The notes: generated by a model not told the origin, from the letters alone. A stretch of 64,000 bases of DNA from an uncultured Alphaproteobacteria bacterium (GCA_963738825.1 CAVTYB010000008.1:18449-82448), one strand, 5' to 3'. Positions 10,605 to 21,142 are shown, counted from the stretch's first letter. Program-made: numbers and translations.

Positions 10605-10666
10605 GCTATCGGCGGAAACGGCCTATTTCCAATGTTTTCTGCTAAATTAGCAGCTTGGAAAAGCGT

Positions 10667-10759
10667 TGGCGGAGACGGAGGGATTCGAACCCTCGGTACG
10701 GGAATTCCCCGTACGGCGGTTTAGCAAACCGCTGGTTTCAGCCACTCACCCACGTCTCC
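10667..10759 (-). tRNA. tRNA-Ser(GCT)
   Basis: Reverse complement GGAGACGTGGGTGAGTGGCTGAAACCAGCGGTTTGCTAAACCGCC...GGTTCGAATCCCTCCGTCTCCGCCA; long variable arm, CCA encoded. Confidence 0.97.
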
Positions 10760-11122
10760 GGGAACGGCATTCGAGCGGGCGGCTATATAGGCGCTCTTTC
10801 GAGCAATCAACGGCATCTCTTTGAATACGAAGAGATTACTGGACCTAAGGTTGACCATCCTTCAACCTAAAGGTGCCGCTCATTCGGGTGGCAAATCTCT
10901 CCTTAAAGAGCTTATTATAAAGAGCATTATAGTCTCGGGCGACGATCACGAAGTACTTCCGGTCTTCACCGATTTCTTTTTTTCCATTTAAAATCTGGAA
11001 ATTGATGCTTGTTGACGGCGGAGTTCTTAGCCGTATTACAGCTGCCGCCATGCGAATCGCATCGAGACCATGAGCGGCGGGAAGACCTCCTCGATACGCT
11101 TGCACATGCGTGACGCCGGTCT

Positions 11123-12424
11123 TTAGTCTTTAGCCTTTTGCAAGTGATAGGCGATTAGTTCGGCGAACCTATGGCGGCGCAATCCAGTTCGCATGAATCG
11201 TTGATGGATATCCAGGTCGGGATTGCCATTTCCTTCGACAATTACAGGTCCGTCGTCGAGAATGGCTACGTCCCATCCAATTATCACCCGATCGGCGAAC
11301 TCTTGGTGAGCGAAGGTGACTAGGCGCTTCGCTTCATCCCACAGCGGCAATGTTCGAGATTCAATCGGCGCTTTTGTGTCGGGGTGAAATGATAGCCAAC
11401 CGAGACGCGCGTCAGTGCCGAGGTTAGTTGCTCGCGATAGCCGGCCAGACGCGAGATCGACGGCCGCAGCTATTCCGCCTGCATGCAAATTGTCCACTGT
11501 CTTATTCATGCCGATCGACATTCGAAAAACTGCGTCGATTAGCTCGCTTTCACCCCCCTGGTTGAGGCAAGTAAGAAGTCGCAACGTCGGAAGGGCTCCA
11601 GCCGTCACATCAACAAGCGAATGGTGTGGACGAAGCCGCGGTTGGACAATTGTTGGAACTCGACGCGATCCGCGGACGAGGCGCGCGAGCAAGTCGCTTC
11701 CGGACAGCTGTTCGCCTTGAGGACCCGCAAACGTCGAAGGGGCAACACGATCCCATCGTTGAGCCCCGCGACCACCACGTCCAGCTGCGTGTTTTATGAA
11801 CAGATCTTCGTCAGGGAACGGTTGCTCCGGAGTCTTGCCGTCGAGGTAAATAAGCGTCTTGACGCTGCGAAGCCCGCGCTCTGCACAATATTTGGCAAAA
11901 CGCGCCTTGTCGTTCAGAGGCGAGCCCTTTTTGGGTTTGAGTAGGGGAAATATGCAGCGCTTAGTCTCAAATCGCTGAATGAAAGTTGGCGCTCGGTTTG
12001 TCCCATCTTCGTGGAGCTCGAACACGTAGTACCACGGTGGAAGGGTCCCCGTGGTCAGGTACAATTTCAGTTGCTCGATGAATTGAGCCGCCAAGGACTT
12101 GCCATGTCGCCGCTCAATCACCGCTCCGTTGCGAATGGTGAACCATGCCGAGGAAAGTGGCACTGCTATTGGCCACGCAAGCAGGCCCACAATCAGCTCA
12201 AGCCACTCGCCGACACCATCTGGATGCCAGAAGCGCCGAGCGAATGCGGTTCGTAACGGATCCAATTTTTCATAGGTTCGAGACTCGAGAACAGCACCAA
12301 TCGCAGGTGGCAGTCCGGCAATCCGGTAGACCACCCGCTCCGCGCTGCCGGCAATACGTCGAAAGGGCATGCCAACACGGTAGCGAGTTGCGCGCCGCCG
12401 CTCCAAATGGAATTGTCCTTGCAA
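11123..12424 (-). CDS. Sugar-transfer-associated ATP-grasp domain protein
   Basis: LNDKARF, LFIKHAAGRGGRG, IVQPRLRPH, TLRLLT, VDNLHAGG, IGWDVAI...IVEGN. Confidence 0.85.
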   Translation of the reverse strand: MQGQFHLERRRATRYRVGMPFRRIAGSAERVVYRIAGLPPAIGAVLESRTYEKLDPLRTAFARRFWHPDGVGEWLELIVGLLAWPIAVPLSSAWFTIRNGAVIERRHGKSLAAQFIEQLKLYLTTGTLPPWYYVFELHEDGTNRAPTFIQRFETKRCIFPLLKPKKGSPLNDKARFAKYCAERGLRSVKTLIYLDGKTPEQPFPDEDLFIKHAAGRGGRGAQRWDRVAPSTFAGPQGEQLSGSDLLARLVRGSRRVPTIVQPRLRPHHSLVDVTAGALPTLRLLTCLNQGGESELIDAVFRMSIGMNKTVDNLHAGGIAAAVDLASGRLSRATNLGTDARLGWLSFHPDTKAPIESRTLPLWDEAKRLVTFAHQEFADRVIIGWDVAILDDGPVIVEGNGNPDLDIHQRFMRTGLRRHRFAELIAYHLQKAKD

Positions 12425-12650
12425 GCGTAAATGACGCCCGCTCCCTCAAGCGTTACAAACGCCCAATCTTTTCGGGATCAGAGAACAGAAATTCCGGGCG
12501 TGGCTCCAGGTGGGCCAGCCATCGACTATGGTGCCCAATGAAGACAGAGCAGTCGCGCCAAGAGCATGAAAAATGCCCAATGTTCGCGGTTCCGATTGCG
12601 CAATCCGCGCGAGTTACCGACGGTCGTTCGTGCAAATTGGAGCAAGCGTA

Positions 12651-14559
12651 ATGTGCGGGATTTTTGGAGCTGTGGGGCAGAGCATTTCTGACGCCGCAGT
12701 CGAAAATGTGCTTTCAAACCTTGATCACCGCGGTCCGGATGGCCGCGGAGTGTTCCGCGACCCATCGGTCCAACTGACGTTTGCCCATACGAGGCTAACG
12801 GTCATCGACCTGGTGACTGGCGCCCAACCCCTTGAAAGTGAAAATGGAGAGATCGTCCTCGTCTGCAATGGCGAAGTCTACGACTTCGAACGGATTAGGA
12901 GTTCGCTTGAGGCGAAGGGCTATCACTTCGCCACCAAGAGCAATTCCGAAGTCATCATCTATCTTTATAGGGAATTTGGACTCGGGTGCTTCGAGCACCT
13001 GCGCGGCGAATTCGCGTTTCTACTCTACGATAAGTCGAAGCGCCTGCTGGTCGCAGGGCGCGACCGGTTTGGAATCAAGCCACTCTATTTCTGTCAGCTC
13101 GCCAACTCGTTCGTCTTCGCCTCGGAGATGAAGGCAATTTTCGCCAGCGGCATCGTCGAACCGGAAATCAATATTGCCGGCCTTGACCCGCTGCTCGCTT
13201 TCGATCCCGCCGATGTGCAATTTCCGTTCCTGGGCATCGAGCAAGTGCCCCCGGCGTCCTATATGACGGTCGATCTTTTTACGATGGAAATCGCAGATCA
13301 CTCGCTACTGGACTTCCGAGATCCCCCGAGAGACGGCGAGGCCCGTTGCAAAGCCGTACGGCGAAGCTCCCGAAAGCTGTGCAGAAAGCGTCTTACGGGA
13401 GCTCAATGAGGCGGTTCGGCTGCGATTGCGCGCGGACGTGCCAGTCGGTCTCTACTTGAGCGGCGGCATCAATTCAGCGTTCGTTGGTGCACTGATGGTT
13501 CGAAATCTCAATTCGCAGCTTCATTCCTTTTCCATCTCGTTCGCCGGGAGCGAAAAGAATGAGGAAAAGTACACGCGCCAAGCCGCCCAGTTTCTCGGAA
13601 GTGAGCATCATGAGCTCGTGGTGACCAGGGAAATGCTGTGGGACAATCTGGAGGAGACAATCTGGTTCACGGAATTGCCGTTCGGCTCACTTGCGCCCGT
13701 CGGCAAATTCATCCTCTCAAAGGAGGCCAGGAAGCACGTGACGGTAGTGCTCAACGGGCAGGGCGCTGACGAAGTCTTCCTCGGTTATCGAAGCTTCTTC
13801 CAACGTGCGATCGACGAATCCCGCAACCCTTCTTCCGAAGGATCCAATGTCGACTTGCGAATCAGGCGACTGAAGCTAGCAGGACTGCCTGATGGCCTCG
13901 TGCAGAGACTGTCACTTTCGCTGTTCCATAAGAATCAGCGCAGCCGACTAGCCAAGGCGCGGGAAGAGTCGCGCGCCGATCGCACATCGGTACGGCCGGT
14001 CGTCAACGTTGTTCAAGAAGATCGGATTGCGGAGATGCCAATCGACATCCTGGGGTTTCTTGGGGATCGCGTTGAGATGGCCCATTCGCTCGAAGTGCGC
14101 GTGCCGTTTCTCGACCATAAACTCTACGACGCCGCACGGTCCATTCCGGTCGATTTCAAGCTCCGTGACGGTATCGAGAAGGCAGTTCTCCGAGACGCAG
14201 CTCGAAATGTCTTGCCGGACGACATTCGGACCCGCCGAAAGCTGGGCTTCATGATGACCAGCGACAAGATCGACTTCTTTGGCGCTGATCGAACACTAAC
14301 CAGGAATTTCCAACGTTATCTCACAAAGGAGGCGTTGGAGCGGACGCAGATTTTCTCATGGCGCGCGTATAAGTTCGTACGAACGCTCGCTCGGCTTCCA
14401 TTTTCAAGGCGAATTGGCTTTCTGAAGCGCGTGCGGCGCAACGCCAACAAGGTCATCATGTATATGCTTCAAGCGCAAATGCTGCATGAGATGTATGTTG
14501 CCAAGCCTCGCTGGACGAGAGCGCCCACCGCGGCCCCTCACCAGGTGCCGACGAACTAA
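12651..14559 (+). CDS. asnB: Asparagine synthase (glutamine-hydrolysing) family amidotransferase, frameshift near 13290
   Basis: MCGIFG, HRGPDG, NGEVY, RDRFGIKPL, LSGG, GQGADEVFLGY, DRVEMAHSLEVRVPFLD. Confidence 0.9.
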
Positions 14560-14727
14560 ACGTGCACTGACAACCGCACCTAAAGATGATTGGGTTAATG
14601 TAACTGGAAACAGCTGGAGCGCGCCGCGAATAAGCGCGAGGCTCGGAGTATCCGCTCAGAGTGCTGGGCGGGGGCCTCAACGGGCGTTGGCGGCTCGGCT
14701 TACTCCAGCCACCGTTCGGGAAGGGCA

Positions 14728-14844
14728 ATGGAGCACCATACTATCGCCAAGGAGATTGCGACTGCCGCAGCTTTGGTGCTGCTGTGGATCGCGCTTTCCG
14801 GAGCGCTCGCCGTTCTAGCGTTCGAGTTCACGGATTGGCTGTGA
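14728..14844 (+). CDS. Small single-TM protein (38 aa)
   Basis: MEHHTIAKEIATAAALVLLWIALSGALAVLAFEFTDWL; AAGGG RBS; GTGA overlap with the next ORF. Confidence 0.4.
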   Translation: MEHHTIAKEIATAAALVLLWIALSGALAVLAFEFTDWL

Positions 14845-15044
14845 AGACAAGGGACAGAAGCTTGACACCGCGCGGTTCCATTGGCGTCGCCTCGGGCATT
14901 GCTATGATGACCATTCCTTTCCTCTTCGCGCATTTGGCCCGCGTCGCTGCGGCAATTCTGTTCGATGCAGGCATCTTAGTCGCCGCATTCTTCTTGATCC
15001 TGCTCTTGGTCGAAATGAAAGAGCGAACGCAGCACAAGCTGTAA
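14841..15044 (+). CDS. Small two-TM protein
   Basis: Hydrophobic 67-aa ORF coupled to the upstream small ORF. Confidence 0.45.
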   Translation: MKTRDRSLTPRGSIGVASGIAMMTIPFLFAHLARVAAAILFDAGILVAAFFLILLLVEMKERTQHKL

Positions 15045-15070
15045 CTGTATCGAGCTACGGAGAAAGCTGC

Positions 15071-16084
15071 GTGAAACTTGTTCCTCTTATCCTCGCCCCT
15101 CTGCTGTTCGCGACGACGTCAAATTCTGCCCCGGCGACCTACAGGCTAGTTAAGAGCGTGCAGCTCGGCGCACCCGATCGTTGGGACTATGTCACGTACG
15201 ACGATCAATCCAACCGAGTCTTCGTGGCACATGGCGACAGGGTAGCAGTGGTCGATGCTGCAAGTGGAACCCTGATTGGCCAGGTTGAGGGCGTCACTGG
15301 GGGCACTCACGGGACTGCAGTGTCACTGACAACGGGACAGGGATTCACCGATGACGGTCGCAATGGAAAGGCAGTCGCGTTCGATCTGCATACGTTGAGG
15401 GTGACTCGAGAGATTCCGGCGGACGTTGATGCTGACGCGATCGCTTTGGATCGCGTTACAGGGCGCGTTTTCATTATTGAAGGCGACCCGGCGGCGCTTA
15501 CCGTAATTGATTCGAAAACAGACGCTCCGATCGCGACAATCAAGGCCGGCGAGAAGCTGGAGTATGGAGTCGCTGACGGGCACGGCTCAATTTATGTCTC
15601 CGGCGAGGGCAATCGAGACGTGATCAAGGTGGATGCGCGCTCCAATTCTATCGTGAACCGTTGGCCCACACCGAATTGCACCAGTCCGCACGGTATGGCG
15701 ATCGACACGCGCGCCCACCGTGTTTTCATGGGCTGCCTCAATAAGTTGATGATGGTCGTCGATACGATTAGCGGCCGGGTCGTTGCCGAGCTTCCTATTG
15801 GCCAGGGGAATGACGCCGTTGCGTTTGATCCAGTCCGCAAACGCGTGTTCAGTTCAAACGGCAAGGACGGGACGATGACGGCTTACCAGCAAGTCTCACC
15901 CGATCGTTACGTTGCGCTACCGATCATCCAGACGGTCGTCAGCGCTCGCACCATGACCGTCGATCCCAAGACAGGAAGGCTGTTTGTTGCTGGCGCTGAC
16001 ACGGATCCGAACCCGAACCCGGCAGAGCGTCCGCATGTGAGGCCCGGAACACTGCGCCTAATGATTTTTGAGCCCTCCACCTGA
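15071..16084 (+). CDS. YncE/YVTN-type beta-propeller protein, secreted
   Basis: Signal peptide; WDYVTYD, GGTHG, CTSPHGMAID, DAVAFDP, ARTMTVDP. Confidence 0.85.
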   Translation: MKLVPLILAPLLFATTSNSAPATYRLVKSVQLGAPDRWDYVTYDDQSNRVFVAHGDRVAVVDAASGTLIGQVEGVTGGTHGTAVSLTTGQGFTDDGRNGKAVAFDLHTLRVTREIPADVDADAIALDRVTGRVFIIEGDPAALTVIDSKTDAPIATIKAGEKLEYGVADGHGSIYVSGEGNRDVIKVDARSNSIVNRWPTPNCTSPHGMAIDTRAHRVFMGCLNKLMMVVDTISGRVVAELPIGQGNDAVAFDPVRKRVFSSNGKDGTMTAYQQVSPDRYVALPIIQTVVSARTMTVDPKTGRLFVAGADTDPNPNPAERPHVRPGTLRLMIFEPST

Positions 16085-16154
16085 CGCGAGGCGTTCGACC
16101 ATTTTTCCATGACCACTCCACTGCGAGGGGGCCGCAACCAACCAGGATCGGCGA

Positions 16155-16955
16155 ATGACGGATCGCGAGTTCAAAGACGACATTCTTACCAAGGTTCCCG
16201 CGGTCACGCTGGGCTTCTGGATCATCAAAATATTGGCCACCACCTTGGGCGAAACCGGTGGCGACACTGTAACGATGACTTGGCTCGGAGAGACGACGCC
16301 TCACCCGGTTCCCAACGGTTATCTCATCGGCACAGCCATTTTTGGAATCCTGCTCGTCGTCCTGGTGTGGGCGCAGATCAGAGCAAGTAAATTCAATCCG
16401 TGGCTATACTGGGCGACGATCGTTGCTTCGACCACCTGCGGCACCACGCTTGCAGACTTCGCTGACCGCTCGCTCGGCATAGGTTATCCCGGTGGGTCGC
16501 TCCTGCTCTTGGCATGCGTCCTGCTGTCACTATTCACTTGGTACAAGACGCTCGGCACAGTCGACGTTAACACGGTCACCGAGCCCCGCGAGGAGACCTT
16601 CTACTGGATCACGATCACTTTCTCGCAGACACTCGGTACCGCTCTTGGCGATTGGATCGCTGACGCGGGACTCGGATATTCAGGCGGCGCTCTGGTGTTC
16701 GGCGCAGGATTGCTGATTCTTGCGGTGCTCTACTTCACTACCAAAGTTAGTCGGGTCTTCCTCTTCTGGGCCGCGTTCATCCTCACCCGCCCGCTTGGCG
16801 CAACTGTCGGTGACTTTCTAGACAAGCCGCTTGGCAAAGGCGGTCTCGAACTTAGTCGGCCGCTTGCTTCGGCCGTGCTTGCAGTGGTCATCATCGTGCT
16901 GATTATGGTCCTTCCGCAACGGCCTGGGAGGCACCCCGGACAGGACGAAGCTTAG
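16155..16955 (+). CDS. COG4705/DUF347 membrane protein
   Basis: KVPAVTLGFWIIKILATTLGETGGD; FWAAFILTRPLGATVGDFL. Confidence 0.9.
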   Translation: MTDREFKDDILTKVPAVTLGFWIIKILATTLGETGGDTVTMTWLGETTPHPVPNGYLIGTAIFGILLVVLVWAQIRASKFNPWLYWATIVASTTCGTTLADFADRSLGIGYPGGSLLLLACVLLSLFTWYKTLGTVDVNTVTEPREETFYWITITFSQTLGTALGDWIADAGLGYSGGALVFGAGLLILAVLYFTTKVSRVFLFWAAFILTRPLGATVGDFLDKPLGKGGLELSRPLASAVLAVVIIVLIMVLPQRPGRHPGQDEA

Positions 16956-16957
16956 TA

Positions 16958-17687
16958 GTGAGGAAGTATCGCGAGCTGGTCGCCTTCGCATTGGCGGCCG
17001 CGGCAGCTCCGGCTTTCGCCGGGCCGCCGTACCTCACTGACGATCCTGTGCCGACGGACTTGGGTCATTGGGAGATTTATGCCTTCACTGCCGGTGAGGG
17101 ATTGCATTCGACCTCCGACGATGAAAGCGGGCTCGACCTCAATTATGGCCCTGTCGAAAATGTCCAGCTGACAGCGACCCTCCCGTTCGCGTTCAGCAAG
17201 GATTTAGAGCGCAATTGGCGTACCGGAACCGGCGACGTCGAGCTCGGGGTCAAATACCGCTTCATCAACGATCAACGAAGCGCGATTTCGGCGGCGATCT
17301 TTCCGCAGAGTCATTCTTGCAACATCAAGTATCGCGGAAGGTGAAAAGACCCGGCTCCTGTTGCCGTTGTGGCTCGAGAAGGATTTCGGTGGGGGAACGA
17401 GCCTGTTTGGAGGCGGTGGCTATGAGGTCAATCCGGGCAGCGCCAACCGCAACTTTTGGGAGGCGGGAATCACGTTCACACAGGATCTCTCTCAGGAGGT
17501 TTCGGTCGGCGGGGAGCTAACCCGGCACGGATCCGACACAGTTGCAGGAACGTCCGAAACTGCCGCAGGATTAGGAGGCATTGTCAAGCTCGGGGGGCCC
17601 AGTTCATTGCTGCTGTCGGGTGGCCCTACCTGGGCGGCTCACAGGACCGGCTATCACTTTTATGCGGCGCTTGGACTGAACTTTTGA
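16958..17687 (+). CDS. Outer-membrane beta-barrel 'transporter' (frameshift near 17310)
   Basis: Signal peptide, GPPYLTDDP, GDVELGVKYRF, terminal YAALGLNF; split over two ORFs. Confidence 0.7.
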
Positions 17688-17997
17688 ATGTCACGACCAA
17701 GAGCTGACGAAATGTCAGATAACATTATCGGGCGGCGGCTATTGGTTGGGGGGAAGAGGCTGTGGCGCGCGAATCCGGATGCCACGCTCCCCAAACCGGC
17801 AGGGGCGGGTCCGCGAAACTCTCAATCAAGATGGTTCTGCACCCATGGCTTAGGTGCTCCCAAGCGGTGCCGTTGGTTCAGAGCGGGACACATTGGGAAT
17901 CGTTAATATAGCCGCCGGCCCATCCGCATAATAGTTTTGTTAATAGGAGGCCGGAGCAAGCCGCTGCCTCGAAATACGTAGATACGGGAGAATAGTA

Positions 17998-19539
17998 GTG
18001 TCTCTCTTCGATAAGCAGCTTTTCGCAGAACTCACGAGAAATCAGCGCAGTGTCGGTCTCGACCTTTCGTCGGCTGCCACTTTCTCGGTTCTACGCAACG
18101 GTTGTTCCGACGCACCTGCCCCGATGGATCACTCCGCGCTGAGTTCGCTCCACGAGTTAACAAACGCTAAGGTTGAAAGAGAAAGTGGAATGCGCGCCGC
18201 AGTCCTCGCCCGTGAGCTTCCTGCCAAGATACGCAAGCGGATCGGTCAGATTCTTCGTCTCGGCCCCGTTGGCCTTGTTAGGACTGCCTACATCCTCCTG
18301 CTCGGCCGGACCGCCTATGCATTCGCGGACTTCGCAAGAGCTGTTGCGCGGCGCGCCGACTTTGGCCCCATCTTCGCGGGTAGCCCCAAGTCATCTATGG
18401 AGGGCCTCAGGCTACGATTAGAACTGCGCCAGCCAAGCTCGCCGAGCGCCGGCTTGGATGCCCCGCAAACCATGGGCTTCGGAGATGACCGAAGACGCTT
18501 CGTGCAGGTGTTGGAGGGCATGCTGGACCTTGCTCGAGCCGGGTGTCCGATCCCTCATGTCGCTGCTGTAGATTGGAATGCGAACGTCATCATTTCAGAG
18601 TTCGTGATCGGAAAGCGCTTTCCCCAGTACGTGCGCGAGAACGGATCCAACTACGAGGTCCTGGCCCGAATTGAGGATGCTCTCATCGCGATCCATCAGG
18701 CCGGATACATCGTAGACAACATCGGCGAGGAGGACATTCTCGTCACCGGCGACAATCGCGTGATCGTTCTCGGTCTGCACCATCTGCGACCGCTTGCGGG
18801 ACTATCGAGGGATGCTTCGATTTATCTGCGCGACGCCGATCGGCACAGGTTCAACGAGCTTTTCGGAACGCGTCTTCTGACGGCGCCTCAACTCCGAAGA
18901 AAGGATTCACTTCCTGGCGCTGAAAATCGCGCCGATCGCGCTTATGCCGCCGTGGCGATCCGCGACGATATCCACTGGGGCCAGATCTGGAATACCGATC
19001 TCGGCATTGCCCGGTGGGATTACATACTGAAGGACCATCTGCCAATTCCGCAGGGCGGAAGGGTTCTCGACCTCGGAAGCAATCTAGGACTGAATCCTCT
19101 TCAGATGCTGAGACATGGGGCCGGTTCCGCAGTTGGCATCGAGATGGCCGAGCTGCCGGTCCGCCAGTCACGCGTGCTCAAGGCCGCTTACGAATGGCTC
19201 GACAATCGACCCTATGACTTCCGTTGCATCCAAGGCTCCTTCGCGGAGTTGCCAAGCCTTGAATTGGGCCGCTTCGACGTAGCGACCGCGCTATGCGCGC
19301 TTTACTATCTCAACGACCGAGAGATGCGCGACATCGTCAAATACATCCGCACGATTTCAGACGTGCTCGTACTGCAATGCAATACCGATCGTCTCATTCG
19401 CCGTGCGAGCGAGGAGACATACCGCAAGGCGACGATCGAGTTTGCAGTTGAAGTGCTCAAAGAAGCAGGCTTTGCCCGTCGCGAAATCATAGCCCCTCGG
19501 GGTTACAGCCGGCCGTTGGTGATTGGCCACGCGGTTTGA
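17998..19539 (+). CDS. Kinase-like domain fused to a class I SAM-dependent methyltransferase
   Basis: IHQAGYIVDNIGEEDILVT...VIVLGL kinase-like segment; RVLDLGSNLG SAM motif I; FDVATALCALYYL. Confidence 0.7.
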   Translation: MSLFDKQLFAELTRNQRSVGLDLSSAATFSVLRNGCSDAPAPMDHSALSSLHELTNAKVERESGMRAAVLARELPAKIRKRIGQILRLGPVGLVRTAYILLLGRTAYAFADFARAVARRADFGPIFAGSPKSSMEGLRLRLELRQPSSPSAGLDAPQTMGFGDDRRRFVQVLEGMLDLARAGCPIPHVAAVDWNANVIISEFVIGKRFPQYVRENGSNYEVLARIEDALIAIHQAGYIVDNIGEEDILVTGDNRVIVLGLHHLRPLAGLSRDASIYLRDADRHRFNELFGTRLLTAPQLRRKDSLPGAENRADRAYAAVAIRDDIHWGQIWNTDLGIARWDYILKDHLPIPQGGRVLDLGSNLGLNPLQMLRHGAGSAVGIEMAELPVRQSRVLKAAYEWLDNRPYDFRCIQGSFAELPSLELGRFDVATALCALYYLNDREMRDIVKYIRTISDVLVLQCNTDRLIRRASEETYRKATIEFAVEVLKEAGFARREIIAPRGYSRPLVIGHAV

Positions 19540-19582
19540 AGCGTCGAGCGCGCCCGAAGCAGACGCTTCAGAGGTCCGCGAG

Positions 19583-20527
19583 TTAGCCATTCATTCTCTG
19601 GAACGGCGCAGCCACCTCACGCACTCTAGCCATAATCTCGCGAATTTGCCGCGCCTTCGGCACCAGTATTGGATCCTCGACCTCGTTTCGATCATGGTAC
19701 CGTGAATAGAAGCGCCGATCCCAGTCGCGCATAGCGCTGCGATCCTTGTACTTGAGTTGCAAGTCCTCGCTCGATCGGGTGGCATAGTGATTGATGCGCA
19801 GGGTTGAGATCGAGACATCCTTCATCGACGGCACCGTCATCGAATAGGGGTCAAAGGGCAGGTACGGCAGCCAGTAAGTCACGAACCGAAGTCGACGACG
19901 CCATTTTGTCGTCCGAACGAACCGCACGGGTGTGAAATTCTCAGTGACGAGTGACTGAGCCCGCTGAAGCGCGAAAAGGTGGGGGCCCTCGGGCGTTACT
20001 GCAAGCAACGGGTCGACGATGGTTTTCACCCGCCAATTCCTCGCCCACTCGGTCCTTGCCCGGCGCGTAAACCTTTCGATTGTCAGTCCCGACGGTCTCT
20101 TCTGGTGCCCGGAGGATCCGTAGCACTGCCAATTCACCACGACGCCGCCGTGGCCTTCGTATTGCTTAAGAACCTGCGGAAGAGGTGCACCAGTCGGCGA
20201 GAAGAGGAATTCGTCGATGTCGATGAATGCCGCCCATCTCGTTCTGCCTCGCAATCGGCCCAGAGCATGAAGATATGCTTTCGTCTGCGCCCCCGACTTC
20301 CAGGGAACTGGCCAATCAATGAGTTCGACGATCCCCGCGTCAATCCAGGGCTGCAATACCTCATTCGCGTTATCGGTGCTGGAATGGTCGTAAAGCAGAA
20401 CGTGCTCGACACCCTCCGCTACGCAGAATGCCAGCCATTCGTCGAGATAGCGCGCTTCGTTTTTGAAAATCGCGACGACGGACAAATACCACTTCGGCGG
20501 AGAAGTTCGTGTCCTTCCAGGGCGCAT
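19583..20527 (-). CDS. Glycosyltransferase (GT92/GT2-like)
   Basis: LSVVAIFKNEARYLDEWL, LYDHSSTD, WAAFIDIDEFL (DxD), KTIV, INHY. Confidence 0.88.
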   Translation of the reverse strand: MRPGRTRTSPPKWYLSVVAIFKNEARYLDEWLAFCVAEGVEHVLLYDHSSTDNANEVLQPWIDAGIVELIDWPVPWKSGAQTKAYLHALGRLRGRTRWAAFIDIDEFLFSPTGAPLPQVLKQYEGHGGVVVNWQCYGSSGHQKRPSGLTIERFTRRARTEWARNWRVKTIVDPLLAVTPEGPHLFALQRAQSLVTENFTPVRFVRTTKWRRRLRFVTYWLPYLPFDPYSMTVPSMKDVSISTLRINHYATRSSEDLQLKYKDRSAMRDWDRRFYSRYHDRNEVEDPILVPKARQIREIMARVREVAAPFQRMNG

Positions 20528-20812
20528 AATGGTTTCGTGTGGCCGGATTGAATTGTTCGGTCACCGAATGTGCGCGTGCGCGTTGCGTCACTGTTTCTTA
20601 GAAGTGACAAAAGCCCAATGCGCTGCCGCAATTCGCTGCTTTTGAGGAAAGCTAATGCCCGCAATGGGTCGACGGATCCCGGCGCGCATTGAAACCAGAC
20701 GCGAGCGACAGCCTCGTTGAGCGACGATTGGCAACTGTTCACAGAGTTTCAATGCAACACAGAGCGTCGTCGGGAGTCCTCCACGTGGGCGCCTCGTCTG
20801 CCGGAGACCAAC

Positions 20813-21142
20813 ATGAAACTGCTACTGACAATCGCTGCACTGGGACTTATTGCCGCACCTGCCGTCGCGCAGAATAGAACGCATTCGCCCGACAGCGCCT
20901 ACGACCACTCAAGCTATCGGAGCGACAGCGATCGCCACTTAGCGTATCGCAGCGACCGCTACGGCCACTCCTACAATGACCGGTACGCCTGCCGGGAACG
21001 GTACAGTTCGTATCATCGAAGCTCGTACCGCGACCGGCAGAGGTGCGAACGCTCGAGCTATCACCATTCCAGGTATCGCGGCCACTCGACGAACAACGGC
21101 AACTACAGGCACAACTCCTCGGACTATCGTCCGCACGGCTGA
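20813..21142 (+). CDS. Secreted low-complexity Ser/Tyr/His/Arg-rich protein
   Basis: GGAG RBS, signal peptide MKLLLTIAALGLIAAPAVA, repeated SSY(H/R). Confidence 0.7.
   Translation: MKLLLTIAALGLIAAPAVAQNRTHSPDSAYDHSSYRSDSDRHLAYRSDRYGHSYNDRYACRERYSSYHRSSYRDRQRCERSSYHHSRYRGHSTNNGNYRHNSSDYRPHG

Larger units (their letters stand above)
7470..10683. mobile_element. Decayed integrative island at the tRNA-Ser(GCT) 3' end
   Basis: Bounded by the 17-bp direct repeat; contains a DUF6538 integrase-arm fragment, a broken nuclease and hypothetical genes; visibly lower GC. Confidence 0.8.

Noticed and set aside
10845-11105. Low-GC ORF just inside the island next to the tRNA promoter
   Set aside because: No recognisable motif or start signal; possibly a gene fragment, but not supportable.
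12651-14844. Lasso peptide or graspetide RiPP cluster
   Set aside because: AsnB keeps its N-terminal Cys glutaminase domain; no B1/B2 proteins or convincing precursor peptide; the ATP-grasp is of the sugar-transfer type.
17925-17948. dif-like ATCCGCATAATAGTTTTGTTAATA
   Set aside because: The arms do not give 11-6-11 spacing; probably AT-rich promoter DNA.
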